A stretch of DNA of 61,881 nucleotides, filler included, from Piptocephalis cylindrospora (Eukaryota): assembly GCA_003614145.1 (NCBI GenBank). It is 22 parts of 22 records of this genome, joined end to end, with 100 filler letters (N's around TTAATTAATTAA, not from the genome) between each part and the next. Parts side by side here need not be neighbours in the genome. Positions count along the whole stretch, not along the records: positions 48,107 to 50,809 come from KZ988879.1; positions 50,910 to 53,608 come from KZ988880.1; positions 53,709 to 56,404 come from KZ988881.1; positions 56,505 to 59,088 come from KZ988882.1; positions 59,189 to 61,881 come from KZ988883.1; 17 more parts are not named here. One strand, 5' to 3'. Both the position numbers and the translations under genes were made by a program. Positions 49,451 to 61,881 of the stretch are shown piece by piece; the first letter of the stretch is position 1, and every line of letters starts with the position of its first letter. Under the pieces are notes generated by a model. It had not been told where the DNA came from and made no database searches. It was given only the letters and a program-made list of their open reading frames with translations.

Positions 49451-50464
49451 GCTGGCTAGGAGTGTAATGAAAGGAAGCGACGACGGCGGCTATGTGGAGG
49501 GATAGAACAGGATGGAAGAAGGGAGACTGGCGGGTAAATAGGCGAGGGCTCGAGGTTTGGTGTGTATGTATGGAGTGTGTATGCATGTGTATGTGTGTGT
49601 GTACGTGTGGCTTGACTTTGTGGAATGGATGGAGGTCCTCTACCTTGTTCTCCTAATGCCTTGGGCAAGGAGCCTTGAGAGTTGTAGGGAGGAGACTTGG
49701 CAGTATGGAGCTGGAGCCCAAGTGAACATGGACCTTGCCATGGTGTAACAACAGACCCTTCAAGTGGCGCTTTGGTTGGATGGGGCAGGTCGTCCCATCC
49801 CCCATCCCCCCTTTCACCCACTCGCTCACTCCCTTCCTTCCTCACTCACTCTCTTCTTCTCCTTTGTTCTAGCTAGCCTCAAGGGAGAAGGAAAGCGGGA
49901 ACCCCCTCGACTCCGACGCTCTCACATGTTGCTGGGTTTACACGTCCGTTACAGGCCGTATGGGCACCTCACCCTCAAGGTATGGTCAGAGAGGGGACGT
50001 GACGAATCAACGGAGGCTCTCCTTGCTCGACGGGTCAACTCCGACTTGGTCTGGGATCCATTGAATGAATGACTGCATGAATGGGACAGATCATCTTCTG
50101 AGAGAGCGGATCATCTTTTGAGGGGGTGCCTCACTGCAGGGCCATTGGAGAAGGTGAGGAACGGCCTTGGATTTCTTGATGGGGCCATGGAGCAGAGAGA
50201 CGGGTGGAGTTGTCAAGAAAGGGTGGATACAAAAAAGGGGAGAGTGAAGTGTACAAGTGGTAGAGTGTCCAAGTATTGATGGTTCTATTAGTTCCGCTCT
50301 TGTTGACAAGAGTGTCGTGGTGAGAGGTCAGGAGTAGGCTTTATCCCAGTCCTCCCCTTGATCCATCAAGCACAGTGCAAAAGTCATGGCATGTGAAAGT
50401 GAGAAAGGGGGAGTGCGTGTGGCTTCATGTCTCTCACTATGTGAGGGTGTTGTGAGAGAGGGAG

Positions 50465-50809
50465 GGAAGAAGGGAGACTGGCGGGTAAATAGGCGAGGGC
50501 TCGAGGTTTGGTGTGTATGTATGGAGTGTGTATGCATGTGTATGTGTGTGTGTACGTGTGGCTTGACTTTGTGGAATGGATGGAGGTCCTCTACCTTGTT
50601 CTCCTAATGCCTTGGGCAAGGAGCCTTGAGAGTTGTAGGGAGGAGACTTGGCAGTATGGAGCTGGAGCCCAAGTGAACATGGACCTTGCCATGGTGTAAC
50701 AACAGACCCTTCAAGTGGCGCTTTGGTTGGATGGGGCAGGTCGTCCCATCCCCCATCCCCCCTTTCACCCACTCGCTCACTCCCTTCCTTCCTCACTCAC
50801 TCTCTTCTT
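50465..50809 (+). repeat. 345-nt contig-terminal direct copy of 49514-49858 (DnaJ upstream region)
   Basis: Copies appear identical, offset 951 nt, and the second ends at the contig end. Confidence 0.93.
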
Positions 50810-50909
50810 NNNNNNNNNNNNNNNNNNNNNNNNNNNNNNNNNNNNNNNNNNNNTTAATTAATTAANNNNNNNNNNNNNNNNNNNNNNNNNNNNNNNNNNN
50901 NNNNNNNNN

Positions 50910-53608
50910 AGGAAGAATGGTATAGTCGGAAAATGGATGTCTACTGTACGGGAATGGTAGCTATTCAGCTTCTTCATGGTCTGGACTGCATGGATGAGTA
51001 TTCCAGTCTTTCTTTAATGGTTTCTTCCATGCTTATGGGTAAGTTGTAAGAGGATATGAGGTAGATTGGCATAGAGACGATATCCTCACGCCTCTCTTTC
51101 TCCTTAGTGCCCACTCCAGTGAAAAGGATGCTTGAAGTGGATGGGAGGAAGAGGCCAGGGGCTTTGGCCATTCTGGAGGACCCTTACTTTACCGAGTCTT
51201 CCTTTAGTCCCTCCATGCATCTAACTGGTCCATTGGCCCTATTGGACAGGCCATCTATTGGTGATGGGGATCATAGAGGGAGGGCTGGGGACAGTGAAGA
51301 ACGGAGGTTTAGGGAAGGTAAAGGTCTTCTGCTATCCTCCTCCCCCTCATCTTCTACTACTAGTACGAGTATACGAAAAATATCCAGGAGGCAGGCGGGA
51401 AGAAAGATGATGAGTGGATCGGGCGGTTGGCCCAGGTCAAGAAAGACTTCTCATCGAGATGTCCGGGAGATTCGACAAGGTATGAAACAGAGGAGAAGGG
51501 AAGATAAAGTCAAAAGGAGGAAGCGTAGGATGGAAAAGGGGAGAATGGGTCCCCTACACTCTCTATCCTCGGCCTCCTCCTCTTCCGGGGCTTTCTTAAC
51601 CTCACCTTCTTCCCTATCTCCTTTGGATCCTTCACTCCCCCATCCTTCATCCGTCTCCCCTTCCGCCAATACCTCCTTTCACGCCCCTGTCCCTTCCAGG
51701 TATGTAGCTGATTTTGAGGAAATTGAATTCCTTGGTCGTGGTGGCTTTGGAGAGGTAGTTAAGGTGAGGAATCGATTAGATGATCGGCTTTACGCCATCA
51801 AGCGTATTCTTGTGGCTCCGGGGGATCGAAAGATTTTTCGGGAAGTCAAGCTCCTTAGTCGTCTTCATCATCAGCATGTCGTACGTTACTACACCACCTG
51901 GATGGAGGACGGTTCTCATCATTCCCGAATCCGTTTGGCCGGGGAGAGCGAGGAGGGAGAGGAGAGTGAAAGTGAGAGCGAGAGTGAGGAGGAAGAGGAG
52001 GGGGATACAGGTGTTAGGGACATTATGGAGGAGATGATTACTTTCACCCCTGGTGGATCTCGGTCAAGGAGTGAAGAGGACGAGGAGGAGGATGAGGAGG
52101 AGGACGAGGGGGAGGACGAGGGGGAGGACGAGGAGGAGGACGAAGAGGAAAAGGGAGGTACGGAAGAGGGCACGGAAGAGGAGGGAAGTGATGGTGGAGT
52201 TGATTTCATGTCTTTGGATAGTGGATCCTCCCGCTCCCTCTCCCTCTTTATTCAGCCCTCTTCGGGAGATGAAAATGAAGACGATGAGGACTCTGGAGGT
52301 GTGGATTTCCAAGGGATGAGTGATAGTAGTAAGGAAGAAAACTCGTCCTCTCTCCTTTCTTCATCCCCGAAAGACCTCCGGAAAAGAACGCCTCAAGAAG
52401 ACAGCTCCGACCAGACCATCTACCCATCCAAGGTCCTCTTTATTCAAATGGAGTTTTGCGATGGTCAAACTCTGAGAGATGCCATCGATGTTGGTATCCA
52501 GCTTCAAAGTGAGGGGGATGTCTGGAGGGTCTTTCGTCAGATCATCGACGCTCTCATCCACATTCACGCCCAGGGCATTGTTCATCGAGATCTCAAGCCC
52601 TCCAACATCTTCATGGATACCTCAGGGAATGTCAAAATCGGTGATTTTGGTCTCGCCACCTCCAGCCAGGCCTTGATTGACGAAGGGACTCCAAGAGAAC
52701 TGGCCGATTCCATGGCCACTACCATGACTGGGGGTATGGGTGGAGGTACTGGCGGGATCATGGGGTACTCCTCCCTTACCTCCGGGGTCGGTACTTCCTT
52801 TTATCTCTCCCCTGAAATGACCTCCAATAAGCACCTTGGCGTCAAGTACACTCAAAAGGTTGACATTTACTCTCTTGGTATCATCTTCTTTGAGATGTGC
52901 TATCCGTTTTCCACTGCCATGGAACGAGCCAAGGTATGAAAATCTTTCTTTGCAATATGTGGATGTAGAACCGAGAAGATATTTGGAGTACTTTATTTAA
53001 ACGCTTACCTTACCTCAACCCCCCTATGTAGACGTTGATTGACCTAAGGGACTCGAAGGTGATTTTGCCTCAGGACTTTCCGATGGATCGGATGAGGAAC
53101 CAAGCTTTGGTTATTCAATGGCTCCTGAGGCATCCTCCGGCAGAGAGGCCCACAAGCTTGGAGCTCTCTCGGAGTAATCTACTACCCCCTCAGATGGAGG
53201 ATGCTTACTTGGAGGAGGTGGCTAGGACTATTGCCAATCCCAATACCCCTTATTATGATAAGCTGATGCGAGCCCTTTTTGCCCAAGATTTCGATCGGCA
53301 TAAGGATTATACCTATGATTACACTCTGAACCGAGGGAGACTCCAAGAACCTGGGCTCATGGGTATGGATGGATGGGAAGGGCTGGGGCTGAGCGTGTCC
53401 CAGGCGGGTCATAATCTGGGGGCCTTTGCCTCCAATCCCTCCGAGACAGGCTATGAGGCACGATGGGAGGAGGGACGAGAGGTGGGACATGTGCGTAGAG
53501 TCCTGGAAAGGAGCTTTCGGCGCCATGGGGCTATATCCTTGGACACACCCCTTTTCCTACCCAAGTCTGCCTTTTACGCTGGGAAGCCTGTTGTTGAGTT
53601 CATGGACG
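50910..53608 (+). CDS. GCN2: eIF2-alpha kinase Gcn2, internal fragment (introns near 51039-51106 and 52934-53031)
   Basis: SRYVADFEEIEFLGRGGFGEVVKVRNRLDDRLYAIKRI, LSRLHHQHVVRYYTTW, acidic insert, LFIQMEFC, HRDLKPSNIF, KIGDFGLA, then FRRHGAISLDTPLFLPK at the start of the HisRS-like domain. Confidence 0.95.
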
Positions 53609-53708
53609 NNNNNNNNNNNNNNNNNNNNNNNNNNNNNNNNNNNNNNNNNNNNTTAATTAATTAANNNNNNNNNNNNNNNNNNNNNNNNNNNNNNNNNNNN
53701 NNNNNNNN

Positions 53709-54443
53709 TTCCAGGGAGCATCCGTCCAAGGAACCGGTTCCAAGCTAACCCAACCTAAGTCACCTCAATTTCACTCTCGTTTCCGGGAGGATAATTCATC
53801 GTAAGTAATACTCTGCTTGATCAGCTTCTCCCCTAACAGCTGAGTTAGACTCATCCATGCATTCTCCTTCGGTAGTCGACGGGAAAAGATGTTTTGGGGC
53901 GGTGTGAAGGAGAAGGAAAGCGAGCAAGGGGCGCAGTTCAAGGCCCATCCAGTGAACCTGAAGGTTCTCCAGAGCTCGGGAGATTATGGGGTCCCGAGAA
54001 TTCGACGAAAAGAGCCAACGATCCCCAAGTCTCCAGCCTTCTCCGATAGATTACGGCTCGGTCGGGTACGGGATAGGGTGCATCCTATGGTGGCTCCTCC
54101 ACCTAGGCGAGGGGGAGATGGGGGTCCTCTTCGTACACGGAGACCCACGGGGAAGAAGGCTAGCCCAGCCAGGGTCCGTCGGGTCATGGGTTTGGAGCAT
54201 CGGTACACTCGGCCCACTCTCTCCTCGCGTCTCAAAACATATGAAGGTTCCGATCCACTGGATCACGGGAGCCTGGCCGAGCAGGTCGGACGAACGGGTC
54301 TGCCCCCCCTCCCTCCCTCCTTCCACGACCTCGTCTCTCCCTCAACATGCAGGAAGCCCGGGAAAGACGTTGGCCACGAGAAGACGTCTTCCACTTCATA
54401 TTCGATCTCCACGGAGGATTATGCCACTTACTGGAAGTGGTAA
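53709..54443 (+). CDS. TPX2-like microtubule-associated protein, C-terminal fragment (exons 53709-53800, 53876-54443)
   Basis: KLTQPKSPQFHSRFR and FKAHPVNLKVLQSSGDYGVPRIRRKEPTIPKSPAFSDRLR follow the TPX2 repeat pattern FKAxP...GVP...TxPKSPAF. In-phase GT-AG intron 53801-53875. 3' end may be spliced further. Confidence 0.65.
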
Positions 54444-54743
54444 GCGACCATCTCCACTCAGCCTATCCGCTCCGGCCCGTCGAGTTCGCATTACCCAGGA
54501 CTCCCAGTCATCGAGTGGGCATGCTCCATCTTTGACTTTGCTTCCACGCAGAAGGCGACTTGATGAACGTTGAACCCTCTCGCTCTTCTTTCGCTTCCTC
54601 CTATCCTCATCCCAAGCCACATGTCTATCTAGAGGGAAGAAGAGGGAGAGTAGATCAAGGAGGGATGGAATACAAGATGTGTTGCCTTTATTATTTCTAT
54701 TACTGTTGTTATACTTGCGTCCATCTACGGTCATGACTTTGGT

Positions 54744-55172
54744 TCATTTCCTTGGGAAGGGGGCTCGTACATGGACCTTGAGTAAGCCCCCACCTCCCCG
54801 GTCTAGAGGCTGATTGTCCAGAGCTTGGCAAGCTCGCTTGGCCGCGTTGTTCGTCATGGCTGCAATGGCAGTACGTGTTCCGTGGGTTTGAGTGTGCTTC
54901 CGGGAAAAAGCCAGATGATACACATATCCGTGAGCGGTGAGGAGCCCTCGTAAACGCGGGAGGCCCAAGGCTCTGGGCCAACCTTCGATGAGTAGATGAA
55001 CTGTGTCTGGGGATCCAGGTAGCTTACTTGGTGGAAGAGGTTGTTTTGGACGGGAGGGTCGCTTATTGCTATCATCGTTGCCAAGGTCAGAGCGTCCACT
55101 CCATCCTCTATGGAGCAGCTTAGAGAATGTAGCAGTACGAGTGGGATGGAGTTGAAGGGCGTGTTTGAACAT
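54744..55172 (-). CDS. Small divergent RRM-fold protein with probable mitochondrial presequence
   Basis: Basic N-terminus MFKHALQLHPTRTATFSKLLHRGWS with no acidic residues. VHLLIEGWPRALGLPRLRGLLTAHGYVYHL...TAIAAMTNNAAKRACQALDNQPL...LKVHV follows RRM secondary-structure spacing. Confidence 0.6.
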   Translation of the reverse strand: MFKHALQLHPTRTATFSKLLHRGWSGRSDLGNDDSNKRPSRPKQPLPPSKLPGSPDTVHLLIEGWPRALGLPRLRGLLTAHGYVYHLAFSRKHTQTHGTRTAIAAMTNNAAKRACQALDNQPLDRGGGGLLKVHVRAPFPRK

Positions 55173-56099
55173 CGACGTGAAGAAAAATAAGATGTGGATC
55201 GCGTAAACCACGGTACTAGATAAGATGCCTCAAGACCAGCTGTAAAAAAATCCGTCAAGATAATCACCGATTAATCTCAATCATTCTTAGCAGAAGCAAT
55301 ATCCAAGAGGTAAAAAAGATTCAGCTGAAAAACATCCTTTCTATTCATGATCCACAAGAAGCAGCATGGGGAAAGAGGATGAAGCGTTTACACACACAAA
55401 GACACAAGATAGGGTAAAGGAACTGGAGAGGGATAGGGCATCACGCCACCCTGACACAAAGCCATAATCTCTTGTCGACTGGAGGGGAGGAGAAAGAGGA
55501 GAGATGGCGTGAGAGAGGGGGAAGAGAGGGGATGTGCGTACATGTATCGTTTAACCAACATCCATCCATTCCATACTCTTTCCTTTTTACTCCTCTAGTC
55601 AGATACTTGAGGATGAATGAGATAATCAATCGTCCCTTTGAGAGGAGAATAAAGTAGAGCTCATTCCTTTTCTATTCTACAAAAAGCTGGTATTATTATT
55701 TCATTGTCAGTAAACACATCTTTATCTCATAGTCTAGTAATGAGTTGTGCGTATCATCCAAACGCTCTCTGGATCGCCGAATCAACGATCATCATTAAGC
55801 CTTGTAGCCGTCAACCTCGCTGTGTGTTTACTTGCCCCGGTTTCGGCCGGCCCACTGTGCACACACCCACCCACCCCAGACAATCAAAACACGCATAATT
55901 TTTTATTTTCTTGCACAGTCTTCCACTTTTTTTTTCTTCGGTCCACCCGCGAACCTCAATGCCGTCCTAAAGGCTATGAACAACGCGAGAGTACTTGAGA
56001 CAGACCTCCCGAGGCTTGCCCTACTTCCAAGCACAGTATCGTCACCCTCTTCCTCCCCATATCCCCAATACCAGAGATCCCCTTGTTTTCCCTGTCACC

Positions 56100-56404
56100 A
56101 TGTCCCTTCGTGCCCTCCTTCAGCCCCTTCGCCTTGGTGCCGCTCTGACCCGCCGCTCCTTCGGCACCTCCCTCATCGCTGAGGCCGACCGATCCATCTA
56201 CTGCGCCAATGTCCCCTTCCGCGCCACCCACGACGAGATCCGAGATATCTTTAGCGCCTACGGTGAGGTCCGCGACGTTCACATCCCCCGGAACGCTGAA
56301 GGACTTAGCCGTGGTCTTGCCTTTGTCCGCATGGACGAGAACGATGTCAATGCTTTCCTTGAGAAGGACATTGCCCTCGAGCTAGGTGGTCGTCAACTCA
56401 AGAC
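56100..56404 (+). CDS. RRM protein with probable mitochondrial presequence (3' truncated)
   Basis: Presequence MSLRALLQPLRLGAALTRRSF, RNP2 IYCANVP, RNP1 RGLAFVRM and ELGGRQLK. Confidence 0.85.
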
Positions 56405-56647
56405 NNNNNNNNNNNNNNNNNNNNNNNNNNNNNNNNNNNNNNNNNNNNTTAATTAATTAANNNNNNNNNNNNNNNNNNNNNNNNNNNNNNNNNNNNNNNN
56501 NNNNATACTCCCCCCATACCTCCCCTTCCTCTTCTTCCATCCCCCCATACCATCATTCATCCTCTCCCTATCCTCTTCCTTCCCATATTCCCTTTATTCC
56601 TCTTTCCACCCCCCCACCCTTATCACCCACCTCAAATATTCCTACTT

Positions 56648-56766
56648 AACTACGGCCATACACAGCATAAAGCCCCACATCCCGTCCGATCTGTGAAGGT
56701 AAACTGTTGATGGCTAGGTCAGTACTGCCGTGGGGGACCAGGCGGGAATACCTGGTGCTGTAGTTT
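56648..56766 (+). rRNA. 5S rRNA
   Basis: AACTACGGCCATAC...CATCCCGTCCGATCTGTGAAG...AGTACTG...GGGGGACCA...GGGAATACCTGGTGCTGTAGTT with complementary ends and a T-run terminator. Confidence 0.95.
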
Positions 56767-57371
56767 TGCTTCCTTTTGCCCTGAACAAGCACCATCCCCC
56801 CCCTTTTTGCCTCGTCTCCCTAGGCCCTCGTATATGTCATGTAAAGATAATTCTTGCGCCCCTCACTTGAGAGGACTTTCTCTTTTCTTCTCAAGGAAGA
56901 AAGAGGGATGGGATGGCTACCAAGCATCAAGAGACACTGAGGAATCGAACCTCACATCCCATCCTTTTTGCTCCAGCATGGACAAGTTCAGGCAGAAGAC
57001 GAGTTCATCACACACTTACATGCACACATACTTCTGGACTCAGTCTCCGCATCTGAACACTCTCTTGGACTTGACCTCCACATTTCAACCCTGCCTCCCT
57101 TCACTTTGGCTCCCCCCCCACACACACACACACGCATACACACACACTTCCTCTTGAGTCCAGCCTCCGCAGCATTCAAGCACTTTTGTGAGGCACTTTA
57201 CACACCCTGGCTAGACCCCGCCTACCCATCCACACAATATGGCATACACACACAAAGCCCCTCTTCCCTCACCAAGGCAGCACAGAGATCCAGAAATCAC
57301 ACTCGTCCCCTTCTTCAAAGTCATTGTCCTTTAGAGATCCCAAGGCGGAGTAGTTGTGCCACTCTACGCGG

Positions 57372-59088
<1,717 letters not shown>

Positions 59089-59188
59089 NNNNNNNNNNNN
59101 NNNNNNNNNNNNNNNNNNNNNNNNNNNNNNNNTTAATTAATTAANNNNNNNNNNNNNNNNNNNNNNNNNNNNNNNNNNNNNNNNNNNN

Positions 59189-60285
59189 TCATCCTTGGTA
59201 TATACCTCAAAGGGCCTCTTCTTTATCCCGAGTCGGCCTGGTGAGCTTTGAATGGAATGGCTCCATGGAGATGGACTCTTCCCTTCTACCCTCGTCTTGT
59301 TCTGAGATAGACTCTTTTGATAGCACGTATCCTTTGGCTGAATCGAGTCATCACCCGCTAGTACATTGTCTGGAAGAAGATGGAGTTTGCTGAATGACGT
59401 CTTCCTGGTCAAGGATGAACTCTTGGAACAATATTCATCTGGGAGACAGGGCGTGAGTATGAAAATCGCGTCCCATAGTAATCGTAAAGCCCTACCTTCC
59501 AATTCTTCCTCATCTACCGAGGGCAAGGACGAAATAAATGGTCTCGGTCGAACATTTCGACGGTGATATGTCCTTTGGGCCATCCCAGCACTCCTCGTGC
59601 TACCGCGTCCACTTGTACTACGAACCTGCGACCCGGATAGGCCCTGGTGCCGTCCTTTCCGGGATGATGAGATAGATAAGGTCATTGACAAGCGCGCCTT
59701 AATGTTGTGCACGATGCCGTGGGAAGGAATAAAGGTGCTCAAGCCTTTACTGTTGTCCCGACAAAACAGCGCGTTCCTATATTGATCGTGTAATGGTGAT
59801 CGCTACCCGTCGTAGGGTCCTTCATCCATGCGTGTCAAGCGAGGGTAGAAGGGAAGAGTCCATCTCCATGGAGCCATTCCATTCAAAGCTCACCAGGCCG
59901 ACTCGGGATAAAGAAGAGGCCCTTTGAGGTATATACCAAGGATGAGGATAACCCTTTTCTTTCTCCAGGTCACATGTCCAATGGTAAGGAGCGCCTTATT
60001 CAGAGTGTCATTAGTACCATTAACCCAAGCCCATCATACTGCCCAGACCCGAGATCTAGTCCTTATTCTACAAAGAGGTATGCTAAATGGAGTGGTGAGA
60101 TATTACGTGACCTCACATGCTCTCATCTTCTTCAGTCCAAGAAAGGATCATGTATCCCTTTCCCCGCGGCAGGACAATGCCCCTCTTGCTCTAGTTTCCT
60201 TAGTGCAATGGTCACCTTGCCGGAAACGGCTGTCCTTTCAATCCTCTCCCTTGGCCCCTTTACCCAAATATCAGCGCGTGACTAA
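59189..60285. CDS. Orphan protein split by an inversion (minus 59742-59189 continues on plus 59946-60285)
   Basis: 59189-59294 is the exact reverse complement of 59840-59945 (106 nt). Joining there reads ...RPFEVYTKD-EDNPFLSPGHMSNGKERL... in frame to the stop at 60285. Confidence 0.6.
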
Positions 60286-60720
60286 AAGAGCGGCTAACCT
60301 GAAGGCATCCAAGGCAATAATCAAAGCCAATGCATCCTCCGTTGATCCCGCTCTTGCTCACCGAAATAGGCCTCATCCTTACTTTTGGATCCGATCAGAG
60401 ACTAGACCACTTCCTCGTACAGTGGAGCCCGACGAATTGGCCACATTGCATTTACAGCCTAGCTGAGGGAGATACTTCTTGCTCTTGCATTGCATATCCT
60501 CGTGTATCAATCAGTATATTCTTTTTTGCATCAAAACTTTTGTCCTCTCCCCCAGACCTTGCCAAATGAATAGGTAGCGCTATCTCATCGAACGTCCTTA
60601 TTAAAGAAGAAGAATGATCCCCGGCCCTTCCTTGCACAATCTCACCAATATTGGCCATACAGTCGACCGTGCACACAAACAAAGAAGCACGTATTTGCTC
60701 AGGTAAACATCCTGAAATCT

Positions 60721-61881
60721 CTAAGCATCATCAAAGTCAATGCCGGTGCTCTCGTCATAGCCGCCACTCGTTCCATCCTCCTCTTCTAGATTGTCGCCAA
60801 GACCAAGAGCCCCAAGGTCCTCTTCCTCCCCCCCGAGCCCGCTGGTTCCCGAAGCCTTTTTCGGGGTGGAGCCCTTGTTGTCCACAGCGGCGTCGGGATG
60901 GACACTACCGTCAAAGATACCTTCTTCGCGATAGTCATCCTTGAGCCGGTACATTCCATGATACTTTCCCTTTTTCATATGATCACACAAATACTCTAGC
61001 ATCTCCTTAACAAAGGCCTGAGGCTGGTGGGTGTACTTGACAAGGCCTCGAAGGTTCCAATACTCGAATTGGGAGAAGCACTTGAAGAGTACCATGGTCA
61101 GCTGATCCCGGGTCATGCGGGAAGCCTTTTCCTCATGCTTGAGATTCTTCTTCTTCTACAGGTAATCGTGATGTTAGTAGAGTAAGTAAGGGGTAAAAAG
61201 GATACATGTCATCCCAACTTGCCTCTAGGTTAAAGCCGCCGTATTGCTTTTCACCGGCAGATGGGGCAAGGTAATGTTCGTGACGGTCAGCCTCCGCCAA
61301 GACTCGAGTTTTGGCAGCACGCATACGGTCAGCGGTATCGGTGGTCCTACTCTTGAGGGATTTGAGATATAAGGGATCGGTGACATCGGCAACTGTAGCG
61401 GCAGCATCGTGCTTAACCTGGGCGGTAATCTCGGTAGCACGACCTTCCTCGTCCTCTCCAAAGGCCCAGATATCCTTAACATCGGTATTCTTCAGCTGAA
61501 GCTTATATCTGGAGGGAATGTTTTTGAATTGAGGATCATTAGCTACGATAATCTCAGCATTGACCAGCTGTAAAGAGGGAAAAGGGGGCGTTAGTGTTGA
61601 AAAAGGGGGGTGGGGTGAGTAGTATGAGAATGACGTACATTGCCTCGAGCGCTATTCATCATGAGATCACCAAGAGGAATCGGGATGAGTGAGTAACAGT
61701 AACACAGTTCTCATGTATAAGCTCACTTACTCTCGTTTAATGCTCAGGGATCCCAGTTTTACATCAGCCTTCTCGACTTCTGCCCACGCCTCAGCCAGGA
61801 AATTGGGCAGCTACCAAGGATGATCAGTTGTGCACTTTTGATATACGATGCTATTCCCCTTCCTCGGACACGCATACCTTG
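60721..61881 (-). CDS. TFG2: Transcription factor IIF beta subunit (multi-exon, 5' end outside window)
   Basis: K|LPNFLAEAW N-terminal motif, IPSRYKLQL, and C-terminal winged helix RMTRDQLTMVLFKCFSQFEYWNLRGLVKYTHQPQAFVKEML...GMYRLKDDY. Confidence 0.92.

Noticed and set aside
49514..50809. 345-nt direct repeats as LTRs of a small retroelement
   Set aside because: No TG...CA termini, primer-binding site or coding remnant seen; the second copy ends at the contig end like the other chimeric duplications.

Overview
This window is not one locus. It is 22 unrelated contigs of about 2.6-2.76 kb, roughly sorted by decreasing length and joined by an artificial 100-nt spacer (44 N + TTAATTAATTAA + 44 N), so neighbourhood across spacers has no biological meaning. 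The DNA is nuclear DNA of a fungus with short GT-AG introns. It is most likely an early-diverging fungus; a Zoopagomycota single-cell/MDA assembly such as Piptocephalis is my inference, not proven. Recognisable genes, many partial and several visible only after splicing: LaeA-like methyltransferase, casein kinase I C-terminus, mitochondrial EF-Tu, RPC19, IMG2/mL49, a LIM-domain exon, NIF3, AP-3 beta, APC1, a GT49 glycosyltransferase, an ABCA transporter, PPIL2, fumarate reductase, HSH49/SF3B4, a PPR protein, a degenerate KH protein, NDUFB2, COG4, a DnaJ protein, GCN2, a TPX2-like protein, two RRM proteins and TFIIF beta. Also present: tRNA-Asn, 5S rRNA linked to the 3' half of 28S rRNA, and a defective Merlin (IS1595-like) transposon next to a decayed LINE endonuclease. 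Four contigs end in an exact 55-nt copy of internal sequence and two in longer copies, consistent with assembly or MDA chimeras; undoing two inversions restores two split genes. I see no multi-gene novel system that I can support. The best leads are an intron-hidden tandem-Myb Tay1/Teb1-like gene with an altered recognition helix, a TPX2-like protein, a head-to-head pair of probably mitochondrial RRM genes, and the Merlin element.
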